Positions 49,001 to 55,000 of a stretch of DNA of 62,858 nucleotides are shown in pieces; position 1 is the first letter of the stretch; each line of letters begins with the position of its first letter. Origin of the DNA: Candidatus Omnitrophota bacterium (lineage in GTDB: Bacteria > Omnitrophota > Omnitrophia > Omnitrophales > Aquincolibacteriaceae); assembly GCA_041674705.1 (NCBI GenBank), contig JBAYVF010000008.1:1-62858 (forward strand). Direction: 5' to 3'. The translations under genes were made by a program, and so were the position numbers. The notes under the pieces were generated by a model. That model was not told the origin of the DNA, searched no databases, and saw only the letters and a list, made by a program, of their open reading frames with translations.

Positions 49001-52000
49001 TTGGGTTGACGGGTTAAGTCAATTTCAGCTCGAGCAATTACAGCCGGTTTTTAATCAATGGCTCGAAAACGGCGGTTTTAAGTTTGACGGTCATTCGAAT
49101 AAGGCCCCACTCTTACTATCATTATGGCATCGTGAGTCGAATGAAAAAATATATGAACTTCATCATTTTCCGCACATCGAAATTTACCGCGGTGGGCAAT
49201 TTTATTCACCCGAGGCGCTGGTTAAAAGCGGAGTGTTGCCCACGCGAAAAGTGCAATCGAAAAATCTAGCGCGATTAAAATGGTTTTATTCTTTAAATGA
49301 AATTGGTGTGGAGTTTCTTAAGGACTTGCTTGTGCTCGCAGTCAAATCAGGCAAATGGCCGCAAGGAAGAATCAAGGTTTTGAGCGATCTTATCGACAAC
49401 CTGGCGAAAGAACGGTTGAGCGCAGCTGCGCTTGAATGTCTGCGATGGATCGACCGAGAATATCTAGCCGGGACAAGGGACCTAGCCATTCCACAGGAAA
49501 AATCGGAAGTTTTTCAGGCTGCGCTTCAGGAATTGGTACAAAAAGGCATTTTTCGAATCTACGGAAACAAGATCTTATTAGTGACGCGTCATGGAACTGT
49601 TGTCTATTCGGATCGTTTTTGGAAAGATCAAATGCGTATCTTGGGCCATGATGATTTTTTGAAGTTCGTTGAAGCTCGGTGGCGAATGTCAACGCCGGAA
49701 TATCGGATGATGGCTGAACAGTATTCAGCCGCAATCATAAAAAAATGGGATCGTGAAACGCCAAGACTTCTTCCGGAATTAGTGATGCGGTCATGGATCG
49801 ATCGTATGGCCCCTTTAACAGATGAAGAAAAAGAACGCTGGTTTGAATCCTTTGAGTGTGATGACGCTTTGATCTTTGCAGCCGCTATTGAGGCGGGAGA
49901 GCGGAGGGAGGTGGAGCTTAAGGAATTTTTGAAGCGAAAGGTCCTCGCAATATTAAATCTTCCTGCAGAAAAGAACGGCTCATTACACTCCTATTCGGGT
50001 CATTTGCAAGTGCAGCTTCATTTATCCCTCAACATGATGTTTCGATGGATGCGTCAGCACAAAGGTGTGATCGATGACGACATCCTCTTCATTATGGACG
50101 CTATAATCAATGGTCCTAAAGATATTCGCATCCCGTCAATGATTTTACAGGACCTGACGGTCTATTTTGCAGGAGTTTACGAACAAATTATGGACAATGG
50201 ATTAAAACAACGCGTATATCGTTTCATTCGAGACGAAAAAGGGAGTTTTAAATACCGTTCCAACCAGTTGGGAAGTAAAGCGTTTAAAACGATTATCGAG
50301 AAATCTCCGGAGGACGCTGCTTTGGTATCGTCGCAGTCTTTTCGGATGATCGCGCCTGAGGCAGTTCAGAATGAAGAACGGAAAAAAATATTTCATGCGA
50401 TTGAACGAAAAAGAAAAAATGGCCAGCCCATCGAATTTTTAGCTTCCGATTGGGATGGTTCTTTGGTTGCGTTTTCTTCCGGGCAAGAAAGCAGGCTGTC
50501 GCCCGAGATGGCATTCTGGCTCAACTGGCTTATGTCGAAAGGTAAGCAAATAGTGATCACTACGGCAGCTTCCTATTCGCGATTCTACCGCCAAACAATG
50601 GATCCTAGTTCCAATCCGGTCCCGCTTGTTAAATCCAAAAATTTCAATGTTTTCAATGACACGGTTGCGTATTTAAATGATCGGCCGGTTTCATTACGCG
50701 AGTTTACGCCATCTTTTTTAAAGCAGTTACATGCAGTTATGGAAAAAATGAAATGGCATTTTCTCGATGACGGCAGGCCTCCTCAGCTGGCTTTTTGGCA
50801 CGAAACGCTCTCACGTGAAGAAGCGGTCCGGGAATCGGAGGCGATCAAAAGCCTGCTGCCGCAAGGAAATAATTTTTATTTAACGTTGTCGAAATTTCGA
50901 AAAAACGAATGGATCATCAAGCTTTATTACGAAACCAAAGAACTTATTTATCAAACTCCGCTGGCCAATGGTGAAAAAATTCAGCCAGGTCGTTCTCTTG
51001 TCATGGGAGACGATGCAGGACCGATGGGCAATGATGAGCCGCTTTTTCGAGGCGCGGCAGATGGCCTTAAGATCGCTTTGGGCGAAGAAAATATCTCAGG
51101 TGCTATGACCATGCAAACCAAAAATAAGGAAGGCGCTTTATTGGCCATCGAAGCGTGGGTCGCGTCGATTTTAATTGATGAAGCGTCTCAAGAATTGCTT
51201 CCTTTGGGAGAGAAACTTCAAGAGTTAGTAGTGATGATTGATGGAACGCCGGGTCTCGGCCCTGAAGTCTCAGAGCGCATGAAGAAAAACATCGGTGGTT
51301 TGCTAGCAAGAGTCAGGAGTGAAATGCGCGCCGATGAATCGGGCGAATTAACAGAAGAAGATTTGATCAGAAAAGCGGTAATTGAAAACCCTAACGCGGT
51401 TCTTCCCTCACCCGTCTATTTTCTGGAACTACATCCGACGAATCAGTGTAACCTTCGCTGCAAAGATTGTATCGCGGGTAAACGTGATCATGCGTTTGTT
51501 TTTCCATTCGACCAATTAAAAAATGTCGGTACCCTCAAGCCCTCTGAAGTATTGGTGATCGGAGGCGGAGAGCCGACCATCTATCGGGATGGTCAGCATA
51601 ACTTCAACGACTACATTTTAAAACTTGCCGCTGTTGCGCCGCAGGCAAATATTGGATTGGGTACGAACGGTGTTTATGTGCCGAAAGGGGATTGGACAAA
51701 GAAAATCAAATGGGTCAGCATTTCTTTGCATGGGACCAGTCAAGATCGGTTCCTTGGTTTTACCGGACGAGATAAATTCGACCAGGTTTGGCACAATATT
51801 TTTCAAGAATACGCGCTTAAAAGTCCCATTGAAGAAATTAAGATTTCTTTCGTATATACGAAGGAGAACTTAAAAGAGGTTCTGCCATTATTAGAGAAAA
51901 TTCGGAGTGCATGGACAGCCGTTGAGGCAGAGTTAGCGAAAAAAGGCATTAAGAAACGCTTCTGGTTTTATTTGCAGGCTGAAGCCGTTGACCATGGCCC

Positions 52001-55000
52001 GGATAGGCCCTTCGCTATTTTAAACCTTGATGATGAGTCCAAACGTATGTGGGCGGATGCGGTGGAGAAAATGCGTATTGAGAATCCGCCGTTATGGGCA
52101 TTTATTCAAGAGCATTGTCCCTGGATTTCCGGTGGACCGTTGAAGGAACGCAAGTCTGAACCTGCGAAACTTTGCTATATGGTAACTAATTATCTCCTTA
52201 TTGCCGCCAGCGGGTTAATTTACCCGTGCTGTGTAATGCCGGCATCGGCTCCCCGAACGAATCTCGGGCACATTACACAATCTTTGGAAGAGCTTCTTCG
52301 TAGACGTATGAAATTCATGTTCGCGCTACCTAAACGCTGTCGCATAGGTTGTCATATAGGCAATACGCTATCCGGGCAGACTGTAAAAAGACTATTATTG
52401 GAACCGGCCAATGCGGCTAACCCGGATTTGAAAATTAAAAACGCTCAAGCGACGAATGGAGTACAAGTCTCCGCGACTATTTCTTCAAACACCAAACAAG
52501 TAGGTCAGATCCAGCCCACCGTTAATGAACGAGAGAATCGATCTGAAATGCGCGCCAATGCTGTTGACTTAGCGCAGCAGAATAAAGATCTGATCGATCG
52601 CTTATTTTATGCGAAAGGTGTGCTGGCTGCCGAAGGTGCGAGGGTGGAGATGGCGAAGCGCGGGTTGATACTTTTAGAGCAATTTCCGATCGAAGATAAA
52701 CAAGTTATGGGTGCTGTTTTTAGGATGCGAGTTCGGGAAGTTCTGGGATCACGGATTTTATTGGCTGTGAAAGTTCCTAGCGTTGAGCGTGCGGCGTATT
52801 ATTCTTACGCGTTTGGAAATGTTGATTTGCTTGTATTACCAGCTGGCCCAAAGCCGGTTGAGCAACGGATGGCTAATGCCGTGCTGGATGAGTCAATGGT
52901 AAAACGATTGCCACCCTCCGTCTTTCCGAAAATATTTCGATATCTTGATTTTGGGCAGAGACTGAATTTGCAGACATTGAACTTTATTTTAGATTACCCT
53001 TGGAATGCTTCCAGTCCGGATGTTTATGAGCGAGAACTTGCTCAACTCCGCAAATACAGAAATGAAGCACCCCTGGGGCGCTTAATAACGAATAGAGAGA
53101 TGTTCCCAACGGATCGCGACGGAAATTTATACGCTCTTCATATTACAAGTGGCAAGTCAGCTATTCTTACATCTGCGAATAAAGAGATGCATACTACGCC
53201 CCATGCAGTTGGACCCGTTATTTATGCAACACCGCTTATCAGGAATGGTTTGAAACCGCTTTCTGAATCAGCAAAACCGGTCAGCCTGGCTGAAGATGTA
53301 TGGAAAAATCTGAGCGCTCGCCGGGAGATCGCTCATGATGAAAACATTGACAACTATGGGCTCGTGATCCGCGTTCCCTATCAAAGCGCTAGCGCAAATC
53401 GATTGACGAATTGGGTCGACTATTTTGGCTTCGGGCGCGCCGAACTCGAGACCTATTATCGTTTTCGAGCTAGGCCGGAGTGGACACCCGTTATGGATAG
53501 CATTATCCAGAAAGAGGTTGCCAGACAATATAACAGTTCCCATGAATTTCTTAAGAAAATATTGGGTAGCCGAAGCGTGGATGTCCAGCGAGATTGGCCG
53601 GCTTTCTGGGGCGCATTTAAAGAAGCTAGGGGCAATATGCCGATCCTCAATCACGCGTTTTTTGAAATCTTAAAATCTTATATTTTATTATTTCAAAACG
53701 ATCAGCAGTCGTTTGCAATGCGCGATGAGGGAAATATGAATGTGGGGCTTCAATACAAAGTGCTTTTTGAGGTCGATCCGAATCAGCGGATGCATTTCAG
53801 TACCCAACGTTTTACGCCCGAGATAGATGCTCTTCTGATCGCGCTCGCTAAGCATATCCGTTCCTTTTCTTCCGACCATTTTAAGGCATATGTCATGGAA
53901 CGCTTCCCGATGTTTATTGCCATTAAATTCTTAGAAGGTGAAACCCTTTCAGGTCCAGTCGATCAATTTGACGACTTGGCTGTGCGGCTTCCGAATATCG
54001 CTGGTTTATTACATTATAATGTTGCGTACGATAAGCTTTTAGAAACCTCATCGGATTTGAAATATGAGTATCAGCTTGTTTTTTCGCAGGTTTTGCGAGA
54101 CATTTTTAGAAAACGACGTATTTTTGTCCCGATTTTTGGGATGATGGTTCCGACGGGCGAATTAGGCGTGTGGCAGATGGGCGATGAAGATATTAAAATT
54201 TTTGATTTGTATTTTGATTTGCCCAAGCAAATAAGCCCATTAACTATTGGTAAGTCGTTGGATATTCATATCGCACGAAATAAGACGATTCGGGATGAAG
54301 AACGAGGATTAAGCTACAAGAGACCGGTGCGCGACGAATCTACTGCAGCTCATTCGGAGGAGAGTGATAAGCGGGATCGAAAAGAACATGGAAAACGTTC
54401 CGAAATACGAACTGTTACAGAATTATTGACGGACCGATATGCCTCGGTGGTGGGGCTGGAAGTGGAGGTCGGGCAACTGGATGAGGCGAGGCTTTCTTCT
54501 GTGACGCTGACGGCGCTTGTGCATGGCGGGATCTTTAACATTGGAATTTCTTCTGCGAAGATCGAAGCTGCGATTCGTGAAGTCCAGGCCGCGATGGCGG
54601 GGGATCTTTGGAGCGGAAATCTGAAGCGACTTCAAAAGGTGATGGCGTCCCGTCCGGATTCGATTTTTAAACCGTCGGATGCCCAGGGGGGGCTGATCGT
54701 TCCTCTTAAAGGTTTACCCGCCTCAGACCAGATCGCTCGCGATGTGTTTGCGATGATCACGAATACGGGCGTTCGGAAAACATATGTGTTGGAAGACGTA
54801 TCGGAGGCAGCTTGGAGATCTTTGCTCGAGCCCTTTGCGGCGACGAAAGATCTAAGAGGCGAATCGGTGCTTGATCGCTTGAAGATCGTTCCTGCAAAAA
54901 AAGGCGACCTGATGAAAGTAGTTTCGAGCTATGGCACGGGCATGGCACATCTTCTTGAGATGGATCCCCAGGATATTGTGGTGCTTTTTGAAGGGGCTGG

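Noticed and set aside
60-54410. RSExR codons as a DNA recombination site (attC-like integron cassettes)
   Set aside because: Synonymous positions vary freely (e.g. AGG AGT GAA ATG CGC at 51315), no consistent flanking hairpin is present, and no integrase is in the window. Conservation is at the peptide level, though a weak DNA role is not excluded.
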